A DNA stretch of 64,000 bases, taken from positions 15,258 to 79,257 of the forward strand of contig JAZRRE010000010.1 of NCBI GenBank assembly GCA_045650505.1, read 5' to 3'. The position numbers were made by a program, and so were the translations under genes. Positions 1-6,573 of the stretch are shown here, piece after piece; the stretch's first letter is position 1, and every line of letters begins with the position of its first letter. The stretch comes from Clostridia bacterium. Its GTDB lineage: Bacteria > Bacillota > Clostridia > Christensenellales > UBA1242. The notes beneath the pieces were generated by a model. It did not search any database, had not been told where the DNA came from, and was given only the letters and a program-made list of their open reading frames with translations.

Positions 1-751
1 ATGTTTTTTTGATATTTATAATTTTTTCTAAAAGAGCAAAAATAATTAACAAACTATATTGTATTCCATATCCACTATTTTTAATGTCAATATTTTTAGA
101 ATCTTGTAAAGAAAATATTTTAGATAAAAAATCTATATTGCTTAAATTAAAACTAGGTTTTATTTGATTGTCTTTAACAATATTAATTTTGTTTAAAGTA
201 TCTTCGATATATGTTAAAACTTCATTAATATTATCTTTTTTAACAAAATCGCATTCTTCTGAACCTTGCTGGTTTATATAATTTTTTATAATATAATTAA
301 GAAATAGTCCTGCACCCTTTGTTTTGTCAAATGTCAATTCATTTTTAGGATTTCTAATTGAATCGTAGTATATTACATTTGATTGCTTTAATATTTTTGA
401 ATTGATTTCAGTTTGTGATTCTTTATGTTTTGAATTCAAATATAAATCATCTATAGATTGTGAGATTATTAAATTGATTGAATTTCCAGTTTCTGGGTCT
501 ATTAAATCTCCAAACATACCAATCTCATCATCTGATAATGAGAGAGATAATTCAACAGTAATAGGTTTTTCGCAATCATAAAAATCCTGTTCACTAAATT
601 TATAATTGTTCAATATACCATTGATTGCGTTTAAAATATTGGATTTACCAATATTATTTTCACCTACTATATAGTTTATGTCATCATTAAATGAAATGGT
701 AAGTCCTGTCAAATTTCTATAATTATCAAAATACGCACTTTTTATCTTCAT
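1..751 (-). CDS. OLD-family / ABC-type AAA ATPase, N-terminal part only (C-terminus beyond the window start)
   Basis: Absent from the ORF track because it has no in-window stop. The reverse strand from ATG 751-749 (SD GGAGA 5 nt upstream) reads MKIKSAYFDNYRNLTGLTISFNDDINYIVGENNIGKSNILNAINGIL... and stays open to position 1. The F-x-N-Y-R-x-L lead-in, the GENNIGKS Walker A and a later NSGYGIQYSLLI signature-like segment are typical of COG3593/AAA_15 ATPases (P2 Old, Gabija GajA, PARIS AriA, Septu PtuA). Confidence 0.75.
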   Translation of the reverse strand, partial: MKIKSAYFDNYRNLTGLTISFNDDINYIVGENNIGKSNILNAINGILNNYKFSEQDFYDCEKPITVELSLSLSDDEIGMFGDLIDPETGNSINLIISQSIDDLYLNSKHKESQTEINSKILKQSNVIYYDSIRNPKNELTFDKTKGAGLFLNYIIKNYINQQGSEECDFVKKDNINEVLTYIEDTLNKINIVKDNQIKPSFNLSNIDFLSKIFSLQDSKNIDIKNSGYGIQYSLLIIFALLEKIINIKKT

Positions 752-827
752 ATTATTCTCCTATAAATGAATTATATCATATTTTTTATTAATTTTGTAG
801 ATTTATAGAGAAATTTACAAAAATATA

Positions 828-836
828 TGTTATAAT
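828..836 (+). promoter_or_regulatory. Extended -10 promoter (TGtTATAAT) for the zinc-ribbon nuclease gene
   Basis: TG at 828-829 and TATAAT at 831-836. The SD AGAGGAA at 843-849 and the ATG at 855 follow. Confidence 0.45.
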
Positions 837-854
837 CTTATTAGAGGAATATAT

Positions 855-2675
855 ATGAAAAAAAGAACCAAATGGACTACAGAACTATTAAAAGAGCATA
901 TTAAAAGTATAGATAAAGATATTGTAATTGTTGGAGAATATACTAACATAGGTTCAAAGATTGAATGTAGTTGTCTAAAATGTAAAAATGTCTGGCATCC
1001 AACTGCTGGAAATTTAATTGGCGGGAAATCTCATTGCCCAAAATGTAGTAAAATAAATAGTGCTTTATTAAGAAAAAAATCACATGAGGATTTTTTGCAA
1101 ACAATTCAATCATTAAATCCTAATGTGGAGATTTTAGGAGAATATTTATCTAATAAAAAACGCATTAAGTGTAAATGTAAAATTTGTGGAAAGATTTGGA
1201 ATCCTATTAGTGGAAGTTTATTGCAAGGATGTGGATGTTCGTCTTGTGCATATAAAGTAAGAGGGAAAAATCGTAGAACAACACAACTTGATTTTGTTGA
1301 TAAACTTTCAAAAAGCAATCCTGGAATTGAGATAATTGGTGAATATTCAGGAGCTTTTGAACCAATTAAATGCAAATGTAAAGTATGTGGTAATATTTGG
1401 AGTCCGAGAGCGCATGATGTTTTATTGGGAAGCGGGTGTCCGGAATGTTCTCATTCGGCAACATCTTTTGTAGAACAATTTATTTTAAAATCATTTAGAA
1501 ACGTTTTAGGAATTGAAGAAGTTTTTAGTAGAGATAAAAAAACAATAGGAAAAGAACTTGATATCTTTATTCCAAGCTACAATATTGCGATAGAGCCAGG
1601 TGCTTGGAGCATGCATAAAAGAGGTGTGAAAAAAGATATCGAAAAACAGAGATTATGCAAAGAAAAAGGTATTAGATTAATAACTATATATTATGGTTGT
1701 AAAGAGAAGTTTGAAGAAAATGAAAATCTAATAATATATACTCACAATTTCGAAAGAGAGACATCATTCCATGAATTAAAAGAACTAATTAGTAAACTTT
1801 TTGATAAAATTGGTATAGAGTGTAATTTTTCGGATGAAGATTGGTTAATGTTAAAAAATGAAGCCTATTTATGTTCTAGAAAAATAACAACCAAAGAGTT
1901 TGTGGGAAGATTAAGTAACATCAACAGCAATATCATTGTTTTGGGAGACTATAAATCTTCAAGCGAAAGAATTGAATGTAAGTGTAAAATATGTGGGCAC
2001 ATTTGGAATCCTATAGCGAACACTTTAATGCAAAGAAGAAGCTGTCCGAAATGTAAAAATCAAGCTACTGGAAATAGATTAAGGTTTTCGCAAGAAAAAT
2101 TTTTAGAAAAACTACATACACAAAATCCTAATATTATACCTTTAGAAAAATATATAGATAGCAAAACAAAGATTAAATTTAAATGTCTTAAATGTCAATA
2201 TGAATGGGAAACTATTCCGGGCATTCTATTTAGTGGGAGTGGATGTCCTAATTGTGCCGGTAGACCAAAAATTACAACAGAAAGTTTCAAAAAAAGAATG
2301 ATTGAGATTAATCCCAATATTGAAATACTGGGAGAATATATAAATACTGGAACAAAAATTAAATATAGGTGTAAAGTTTGTGGATATGAAGGATGTGCAA
2401 CACCTAACTATCTTCAAGATGGAAATAAATGCCTTAATTGTATGGGGCGAAGAAATATTAATACAGAAAGTTTTAAAGAACGTATGTTAAGAATCAATCC
2501 TAATATAGAAATACTAGGAGAATATAAAAATACAAGCACAAAAGTCTTATGTTTTTGTAAGGTCTGTAGTTTCGAATGGATGGGCACCCCTAGAGACTTA
2601 CAAACTGGTCACGGATGTCCGGAATGTGGAAGAAAAAGAAAAGGAAGAAGAAAAATAACTAACACTCAATCTTAA
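855..2675 (+). CDS. Protein with seven treble-clef zinc-ribbon modules (DUF4379-like) and a central Vsr/DUF559-like PD-(D/E)XK endonuclease core
   Basis: There are seven copies of the module NPN-IEILGEY-x6-KI-x-CKC-x-CG-x-W-x10-14-GCP-x-C, three before and four after aa 203-282. The core reads GKELDIFIPSYNIAIEPGAWSMH...DIEKQRLCKEKGIRLITIYY. This fits the D...IE.G..H...D..R...L...G pattern of Vsr/DUF559-type nucleases. Confidence 0.7.
   Translation: MKKRTKWTTELLKEHIKSIDKDIVIVGEYTNIGSKIECSCLKCKNVWHPTAGNLIGGKSHCPKCSKINSALLRKKSHEDFLQTIQSLNPNVEILGEYLSNKKRIKCKCKICGKIWNPISGSLLQGCGCSSCAYKVRGKNRRTTQLDFVDKLSKSNPGIEIIGEYSGAFEPIKCKCKVCGNIWSPRAHDVLLGSGCPECSHSATSFVEQFILKSFRNVLGIEEVFSRDKKTIGKELDIFIPSYNIAIEPGAWSMHKRGVKKDIEKQRLCKEKGIRLITIYYGCKEKFEENENLIIYTHNFERETSFHELKELISKLFDKIGIECNFSDEDWLMLKNEAYLCSRKITTKEFVGRLSNINSNIIVLGDYKSSSERIECKCKICGHIWNPIANTLMQRRSCPKCKNQATGNRLRFSQEKFLEKLHTQNPNIIPLEKYIDSKTKIKFKCLKCQYEWETIPGILFSGSGCPNCAGRPKITTESFKKRMIEINPNIEILGEYINTGTKIKYRCKVCGYEGCATPNYLQDGNKCLNCMGRRNINTESFKERMLRINPNIEILGEYKNTSTKVLCFCKVCSFEWMGTPRDLQTGHGCPECGRKRKGRRKITNTQS
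2277..2648 (+). repeat. In-frame tandem duplication (2 x 186 bp) encoding zinc-ribbon modules 6 and 7
   Basis: The copies start at 2277 and 2463 (acagaaagttt...). By eye the first ~75 nt of each copy are about 80% identical (aatcc[ct]aatat[ta]gaaatact[ga]ggagaatata[ta]aaatac). The 3' parts have diverged. Confidence 0.7.
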
Positions 2676-2706
2676 TGATTGGGCGTTTTTTATTGTCTAA
2701 TTTTAT

Positions 2707-3110
2707 CGTGTGGACAGATGGTGTCACAGCGGTAGTTGTATAATATAAAAAATTAGTGTTTCACCAAATGGTGGTGAAACACTTGTATTATAATAAAATA
2801 AATTTTACTGATACGACAAATGGTGTCGAATCACTTGTTGTATAATGTGTAAAATTATTTTCCGCTGTAAAAGATGTCTTTACAGCGGACATGATAAAAT
2901 ATTAAAAATTAATTGCCGTGGTATCAGATGGTGATACTTCGGTAGTGCTAAAATATTAAAAAAATTTTTAACCGCTTGACCAGAGGGTAGTGAATCGGCT
3001 ATGCAATAATATAGAAAAAATTTCCCGATGGGAACAATGTGGTTACAACGGGAATGTTAGAATATATAAAATATTTCTTGCGTGTCTAAACGGTGAACAC
3101 GCGGATATGT
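2707..3110. repeat. Array of 8 tandem units (period 49-56 bp). Each unit has a unit-specific 10-12 bp inverted repeat around a conserved CA-RATGG-TG centre, plus a conserved AT-rich linker with a -10-like TGnTAnAAT and an A-tract.
   Basis: Hairpins lie at 2707-2732, 2756-2782, 2809-2833, 2861-2889, 2916-2942, 2972-2999, 3024-3052 and 3080-3102. Unit 2 (GTGTTTCACCA-AATGG-TGGTGAAACAC) and unit 4 (CCGCTGTAAA...TTTACAGCGG) are perfect. Units 1 and 3 have one bulge or mismatch, unit 5 has two, and units 6-8 are more degenerate. No ORF of 60 aa or more exists on either strand. Confidence 0.85.
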
Positions 3111-3438
3111 AATAATTAACGAAAGGAGGTGTAAGAGAATGTAAAAATTATTTGGAAAGTCTTGGTTATTATGAAAAGTCCATATAAGTCGATAATATTG
3201 GATTATTTTATAGTAAGCAGGATAAGAGTTGTATGCATTTTGACAAATTTTTAGGTTTAAAATCCCTAAAAATCAGCACTTTTGACGTATGCACTTTTCA
3301 AAAGTCGCTGTTTACAAATTTGCATACACTCCCTTTGTTTCGGCAAGTAGGAAACCTACTTCCATTTTGGCTTAATTAAGCCACTTTTACATTGCTCGAT
3401 GCAAGTAAATTTTATTAGTTTATAGGAGGTAAATTTTT

Positions 3439-3453
3439 ATGATTAAGGAGTAA
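3439..3453 (+). promoter_or_regulatory. Four-codon upstream mini-ORF (MIKE-stop) whose AAGGAG codons form the SD of the downstream gene
   Basis: The strong SD TAGGAGGT lies at 3423-3430, 8 nt before ATG 3439. The ORF is ATG ATT AAG GAG TAA. The AAGGAG at 3445-3450 sits 5 nt before ATG 3456. Confidence 0.35.
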
Positions 3454-3455
3454 CA

Positions 3456-3662
3456 ATGAGTAAAAAATTAAAATCAATTTCTTATGCTAAAAACATACAA
3501 AGCATAAATCTAATCACAAACAAAGAAAGAAAAGGACAATCTAATTTTTATTCGTCAGTAATTGAAAATTGTGGAACAACACTTGCAAATTTACTAATAG
3601 ACTACATTAAAAAAGATGGAGATATAAATAATCTCACACCTGATAATATTTTTAAAAAATGA
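3456..3662 (+). CDS. Hypothetical small protein (68 aa)
   Basis: ORF with SD AAGGAG 5 nt upstream. No recognisable motif. Its stop lies 4 bp from the stop of the convergent 269-aa gene. Confidence 0.45.
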   Translation: MSKKLKSISYAKNIQSINLITNKERKGQSNFYSSVIENCGTTLANLLIDYIKKDGDINNLTPDNIFKK

Positions 3663-3666
3663 TTTT

Positions 3667-4476
3667 TTAATCTTGTTTAAAATAATGTAGGTAAGATAAA
3701 TCTTTTTTATTAACCTTTTTTAAATATTCTTTTTTTACAAATCCAGCATCTTTAGAGTTCTCTTTTATTGAGTAGTATTCAATAAATTTAAAGAATGAGA
3801 GGTTTTCATCTTTTTCAATAAGAGTTTTTACTGAGTTTAGTAAAAAATGGTATGTATCAGGAATCGCTTCGGTAATCCTATTGTCGTTAAAAATTTCGAT
3901 AATCCAGTTATAATCATAAATGATATTTTCAAGCAACTTTTCAATTTCTAAATCAATAATTCCATTAATAGCACTTGCATATAGGCGATTGTTTATGTTG
4001 TTTAAAAAGAATTTAAAGTTTTTTCTTTGCTTTACAAGAAAATGTACATCGTCCATAATTTTGATTTGTTTTTCATAAGAAAATTTTGTAAATTTTTTAA
4101 ACTTTTCTTTATATTGTTCACTTTGATATTCTAGCATTTCAATAGTTTTTAAATTAGATTTATCAAGAAGAAAACTAGAATAATATAAAAATTCTGCAAC
4201 GAATTTTTTTACATCTGAATAAAATAATGCCTTTAGATTTTGCTTTGTGTTATGTGATGAAATTATATGAATAATTTCAACAAGCAAAGAAACAATGCCT
4301 GAAGTTAATAGTCCTGTGCCTACACTTATATAAACACTATTTAAGGAATCGTTGGCTTTGATAATGAAGAAGATTCCAAGCCCCAATATAAAAATATTTA
4401 ATATAATTAAACAATTGTTTAGAGATAAAAAACATTCTAATTTTTTAGCAAACTTATGTTTTTTTGTTTTTTCCAT
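3667..4476 (-). CDS. Membrane protein with two N-terminal TM helices and a ~190-aa helical cytoplasmic domain
   Basis: TM1 is CLIILNIFILGLGIFFII and TM2 is VYISVGTGLLTSGIVSLLVEII. The start ATG at 4476 is separated by 1 nt from the TAG stop of the upstream HTH gene, suggesting translational coupling. Confidence 0.7.
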   Translation of the reverse strand: MEKTKKHKFAKKLECFLSLNNCLIILNIFILGLGIFFIIKANDSLNSVYISVGTGLLTSGIVSLLVEIIHIISSHNTKQNLKALFYSDVKKFVAEFLYYSSFLLDKSNLKTIEMLEYQSEQYKEKFKKFTKFSYEKQIKIMDDVHFLVKQRKNFKFFLNNINNRLYASAINGIIDLEIEKLLENIIYDYNWIIEIFNDNRITEAIPDTYHFLLNSVKTLIEKDENLSFFKFIEYYSIKENSKDAGFVKKEYLKKVNKKDLSYLHYFKQD

Positions 4477-4477
4477 A

Positions 4478-4681
4478 CTAATTTTCCAATCCTATTAAAT
4501 AATCTGATGAGCAACCAAAGAAGTGACAAAGTATAATTATGCTGTCAATATTTGGAACTCTTAAATTCTTTTCCCAACGGTTAATACAAGCTGTGCTTAT
4601 ATTAACTTTTTTAGATAATTCATATTGTGTAAGATTTTGTTCTTCTCTTAACTCTTTTAATCTTTCTGCGAACTTGTTCAT
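4478..4681 (-). CDS. XRE-family helix-turn-helix transcriptional regulator (67 aa)
   Basis: FAERLKELREEQNLTQYELSKKVNISTACINRWEKNLRVPNIDSIIILCHFFGCSSDYLIG is a canonical Cro/CI-type HTH. SD AAGGAG is present. Confidence 0.85.
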   Translation of the reverse strand: MNKFAERLKELREEQNLTQYELSKKVNISTACINRWEKNLRVPNIDSIIILCHFFGCSSDYLIGLEN

Positions 4682-4708
4682 ACTTACTCCTTATTTTGAA
4701 TTAGTATA

Positions 4709-4782
4709 TACCAAATGGTAATAAAATACTTGACTTTTACCAAATGGTAAATATATAATATATATGCATATACCAAATGGTA
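4709..4782. promoter_or_regulatory. Three direct copies of the operator-like 12-mer TACCAAATGGTA between the divergent HTH genes. They overlap a rightward promoter.
   Basis: Exact copies lie at 4709-4720, 4738-4749 and 4771-4782. TTGACT at 4730-4735 and TATAAT at 4754-4759 (18-nt spacer) bracket the middle copy. Confidence 0.75.
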
Positions 4783-4795
4783 AAATGGAGTAATT

Positions 4796-4996
4796 ATGAA
4801 AAATACAATTAAAACTGAAATTATAGAAAAATATATAAATGAAAACAAATTAAGCAAAACGAAATTCTGTAAAATGTGTAAGATTAGTCCTAGCACATTA
4901 AATAAGATTATGACTAATGATGATAACTTTGGAATAATTGCACTTTTTAAGATTGCAAGAGTAATTAAGGTTCATGTATATCAAATGTTTAATTAG
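4796..4996 (+). CDS. Small HTH DNA-binding protein (66 aa), co-oriented with the recombinase
   Basis: KLSKTKFCKMCKISPSTLNKIMTND is HTH-like. SD GGAG is present. The gene ends 11 nt before the recombinase start. Confidence 0.7.
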   Translation: MKNTIKTEIIEKYINENKLSKTKFCKMCKISPSTLNKIMTNDDNFGIIALFKIARVIKVHVYQMFN

Positions 4997-5007
4997 GAGG
5001 TATTATA

Positions 5008-6549
5008 TTGAAAAAAAGAGCTGTTATATATGCGAGATTTAGTTCGCATAGTCAAACTGAACAATCTATTGAAGGTCAACTTCGTGAGTGTTATGAGTTT
5101 GCAAGAAGAAACAAATATATAGTTTTGGAAGAATATATTGATAGAGCAATTTCTGGAACAACAGACAAAAGACCTGATTTCTTGCGAATGATAGAAGATG
5201 GCAAGAGTAAAAACTTTGATTATGTTATTGTTTACCAATTAGATAGATTTGCAAGAAATAGATATGATAGTGCTCACTATAAAAATATTCTCCATAAAAA
5301 TGGTATTAAGGTTTTATCGGCAAAAGAAAATATTTCAGACGAACCAAGCGGTTCCCTTATGGAATCTGTTTTGGAAGGTATGGCAGAATATTATTCCAGA
5401 GAATTAGCACAAAAGGTTAAAAGAGGTATAAGAGAAAGTTTGATTAAGGGAAATTATATAGGTGGTTATATCTTGTATGGGTATAATGTTGAGAATAAAA
5501 AGTATGTGATAAACGAAAAAGAAAGTGCTATTATAAGACAAGTTTTTGAAAACTATGCTAATGGCATTAAGGCACAAGAAATAGTTAATGAATTAAACAA
5601 CAAAGGACTTAAAACAAAATATGGCAGAGATTGGACTTTAAACATAATTGCTAAAATGTTACGAAATCCTAAATATATTGGAAAGTGCATTATAAACGAA
5701 GTTGAGTATGATAATGTTTTTCCACCAATTATTGATGAAAAGATATTTAAACAATGTAATGATATTATGGATTCACACAAACATAGACAAAGAAAAGAAA
5801 TAGATGATGAAGATATTTATATTTTAAGTGGAAAACTTTATTGTGGTGAGTGTGGTCATTTAATGACTGCTGAAACAGGAACAAGTTCAACAGGTGTTGT
5901 TTATAGATATTACAAATGTTTTGGTAAAAAGAAACGAGCGAATAATTGTGGCAAACATAATGTTAAAAAAGATGAGATTGAGAACTTTGTTTTTGAAAAG
6001 ACAAAAGAATATGTCTTGGAACCTAAAACTACTGAAAGTATAGCCACAGTTGTTGTAGATAAGTTTAATAGCGAACTTGCTAATAACTATGTTTTAATCA
6101 AACTACAAGAAGCATTAAAAGAAAAAACAAGAGCAATAAACTCTATGCTTGATGCTATTGAAAAAGGAATTTACACAAGGTCAACCCAAGAAAGATTGCT
6201 TAAACTTGAACAAGAACAAGCAGAACTTGAAGATAAAATTGCTTATGAAGAAAGTCATCAACTTAAACCACTTGAAAAGTCTAAAATTGTTGAGTTTTTA
6301 AAAATATATGCAAAACAGAAATTTGAAAGCAAAAGAGATAGAAATGATTTCTTTAATAACTTCATTTCAAGAGTTAACTTATTTGATGACCGAATTACAA
6401 TTGTTTATAATACAAGTCTAAATCCTGCAACTGAAATATACAATAGACCCGAAAGCGACCCCGATGACGACACAAATGATAGTGGCACAACAATTTATAA
6501 GCAAGATGTGGAATTGACTGAAAATGACATAAAAAAAATTGCCGTTTGA
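5008..6549 (+). CDS. Large serine recombinase / integrase
   Basis: The N-terminal resolvase domain reads AVIYARFSSHSQ...VIVYQLDRFARN, with the catalytic Ser in YARFSS. A recombinase domain follows. The zinc ribbon is CGECGH...YRYYKC, followed by a coiled-coil tail. It uses a TTG start with SD AGGAGG 7 nt upstream. Confidence 0.9.
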   Translation: MKKRAVIYARFSSHSQTEQSIEGQLRECYEFARRNKYIVLEEYIDRAISGTTDKRPDFLRMIEDGKSKNFDYVIVYQLDRFARNRYDSAHYKNILHKNGIKVLSAKENISDEPSGSLMESVLEGMAEYYSRELAQKVKRGIRESLIKGNYIGGYILYGYNVENKKYVINEKESAIIRQVFENYANGIKAQEIVNELNNKGLKTKYGRDWTLNIIAKMLRNPKYIGKCIINEVEYDNVFPPIIDEKIFKQCNDIMDSHKHRQRKEIDDEDIYILSGKLYCGECGHLMTAETGTSSTGVVYRYYKCFGKKKRANNCGKHNVKKDEIENFVFEKTKEYVLEPKTTESIATVVVDKFNSELANNYVLIKLQEALKEKTRAINSMLDAIEKGIYTRSTQERLLKLEQEQAELEDKIAYEESHQLKPLEKSKIVEFLKIYAKQKFESKRDRNDFFNNFISRVNLFDDRITIVYNTSLNPATEIYNRPESDPDDDTNDSGTTIYKQDVELTENDIKKIAV

Positions 6550-6573
6550 CTTTTCGTTCAAACGACAATTGTC

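Larger units (their letters stand above)
1..6573. mobile_element. Right-hand end of an integrated island or prophage-like element. The left end lies outside the window.
   Basis: A large serine recombinase is the last gene, ending 24 bp from the 3' end of tRNA-Ser. A divergent HTH pair with a triple operator, an OLD-type ATPase and nuclease-type cargo are present. The region looks more AT-rich by eye than the housekeeping genes to its right. No structural phage genes are visible in the window. Confidence 0.5.

Noticed and set aside
2707-3110. CRISPR array interpretation of the 8-unit repeat
   Set aside because: The conserved part is a degenerate AT-rich linker rather than an exact repeat. The variable parts are themselves palindromes of constant length. 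There is no leader/cas context and the period is about 53 bp. This pattern does not fit CRISPR.
2707-3110. Integron attC cluster (CALIN) or type III toxin-antitoxin RNA repeats
   Set aside because: No RYYYAAC/GTTRRRY boundary motifs and no cassettes lie between the sites. ToxI-type antitoxin repeats are near-identical 34-36 nt units next to a ToxN/AbiQ-type gene. Here the units differ and no such gene is adjacent.
2719-3144. Mini-ORFs starting at the loop ATGs of the hairpin units (MVSQR*, MVILR*, MSLQRT*, MVSNHLLYNV*, MWLQREC*)
   Set aside because: None has a Shine-Dalgarno sequence, because the upstream sequence is the 5' stem arm. The shared Q/L-R endings simply reflect the CGG stem clamp, and unit 6 lacks an ATG. 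This is most likely a by-product of the conserved ATGG loop. Only the SD-preceded ATG-TAA at 3139 was kept as an observation.
3653-3672. AT-only palindrome TTAAAAAATGATTTTTTAA containing both convergent stop codons, considered as a regulatory element
   Set aside because: An 8-bp A/T stem is too weak to act as a terminator and is easily produced by chance in this composition. Noted only.
1-6573. Calling the island a prophage
   Set aside because: Only a lysogeny-like module (HTH pair plus recombinase) is visible. No capsid, tail, terminase or lysis genes are in the window. It could equally be a satellite, an integrative element or a remnant.
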